A stretch of 64,000 nt of DNA from Gammaproteobacteria bacterium (GTDB lineage: Bacteria; Pseudomonadota; Gammaproteobacteria; Steroidobacterales; Steroidobacteraceae), in contig JBQTKF010000055.1 of the NCBI GenBank assembly GCA_052386355.1, positions 324-64,323 of the forward strand. Reading direction: 5' to 3'. Under the pieces are notes generated by a model, which was given only the letters and a program-made list of their open reading frames with translations, ran no database searches and had not been told where the DNA came from. Each line of letters opens with the position of its first letter. Position 1 is the first letter of the stretch. A program made the position numbers and the translations under genes. Of the stretch, positions 63,775 to 64,000 are shown in pieces.

Positions 63775-64000
63775 GCGGCAACGGCGCCGTGTACCTCGAC
63801 TGGGCAGCGACCGCGCCGCTCGACGCGCGCGTCGCGGAAGCGATGAGCGGCTGCCTCGCCGATCCGGCGGCGCAGGCGAACCCGTCCTCGGGACACGCGG
63901 CAGGCCGCGCAGCCGCGGAGGCCGTCGCGCGCGCCCGCGAGCAAGTCGCCGGACTGATCGGCGCGCCGGCCGATGCGCTCGTCTTCACCTCGGGCGCGAC
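63771..64000 (+). CDS. Cysteine desulfurase (class V aminotransferase, IscS/NifS-like), 5' partial at the window edge
   Basis: GTG 63771 (GTGA overlap with the trmJ stop). VYLDWAATAPLDARV...ANPSSGH.AGR.A...V..AR.QVA.LIGA resembles IscS/NifS N-termini. Truncated by the window end. Confidence 0.75.
   Translation, partial: MSGNGAVYLDWAATAPLDARVAEAMSGCLADPAAQANPSSGHAAGRAAAEAVARAREQVAGLIGAPADALVFTSGA

Overview
High-GC (roughly 70% by eye) chromosomal window, densely coding. Its synteny looks gammaproteobacterial (queA-tgt-yajC-secD-secF, suhB/trmJ/iscS-like, xerD-dsbC), but taxonomy cannot be settled without a database search. It is almost entirely core and catabolic metabolism. I see no CRISPR array, transposase, phage genes or recognisable defence or toxin-antitoxin system.

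Gene content, left to right:
(1) A fused-E1(alpha/beta) plus E2 2-oxoacid dehydrogenase pair, directly followed by a phenylacetyl-CoA (paa) catabolic operon: paaABCDE-G-I-J, a FadB-like hydratase/dehydrogenase fusion, paaZ and an extra enoyl-CoA hydratase. No paaK ligase is present in the window.
(2) A TPP riboswitch controlling a TonB-dependent receptor, a single-domain YkoF-like protein, PnuT and a ThiK-like kinase. This thiamine salvage operon is bracketed by a small Rieske protein and an adrenodoxin-type ferredoxin.
(3) gpmA and a 1605-aa NAD-specific glutamate dehydrogenase.
(4) hppD followed by two tandem paralogous membrane di-iron (fatty-acid hydroxylase / sterol desaturase family) genes.
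(5) A 14.7-kb minus-strand supercluster: the leucine catabolic core (ivd, mccB, liuC, mccA), two SDRs, an exported M16 peptidase pair, ETF-QO, acetoacetyl-CoA synthetase and ZapE. A GntR/FadR-type regulator is divergently transcribed, with a clear palindromic operator across overlapping divergent promoters.
(6) A thiolase and the fused B12 mutase IcmF.
(7) Housekeeping genes: plsC-family, xerD, dsbC, fdxA, a Nudix hydrolase, tRNA-Leu(CAA), an ECF sigma/anti-sigma/PDZ trio, queA, tgt, yajC, secDF, a TerC-family gene, an APC permease, suhB, trmJ and a partial cysteine desulfurase.

Most notable observations:
- The E1/E2 module may be a phenylpyruvate dehydrogenase complex feeding the paaK-less paa operon.
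- The thiamine salvage operon is riboswitch-gated.
- The liu genes appear to be under a GntR-type operator/regulator.
- Exported M16 peptidases are translationally coupled to cytoplasmic catabolic enzymes.
- hppD is linked to tandem di-iron hydroxylase paralogues.
- The TerC-family gene is split by an in-frame TAG.
- Two sequence-related long hairpins fill two of the convergent gene gaps.

None of these is a proven novel system. All functional calls come from motif and homology recognition by eye, not from searches. Many long ORFs in the supplied track are antisense or alternative-frame high-GC artefacts, and many real genes start well downstream of the track's longest-ORF start.
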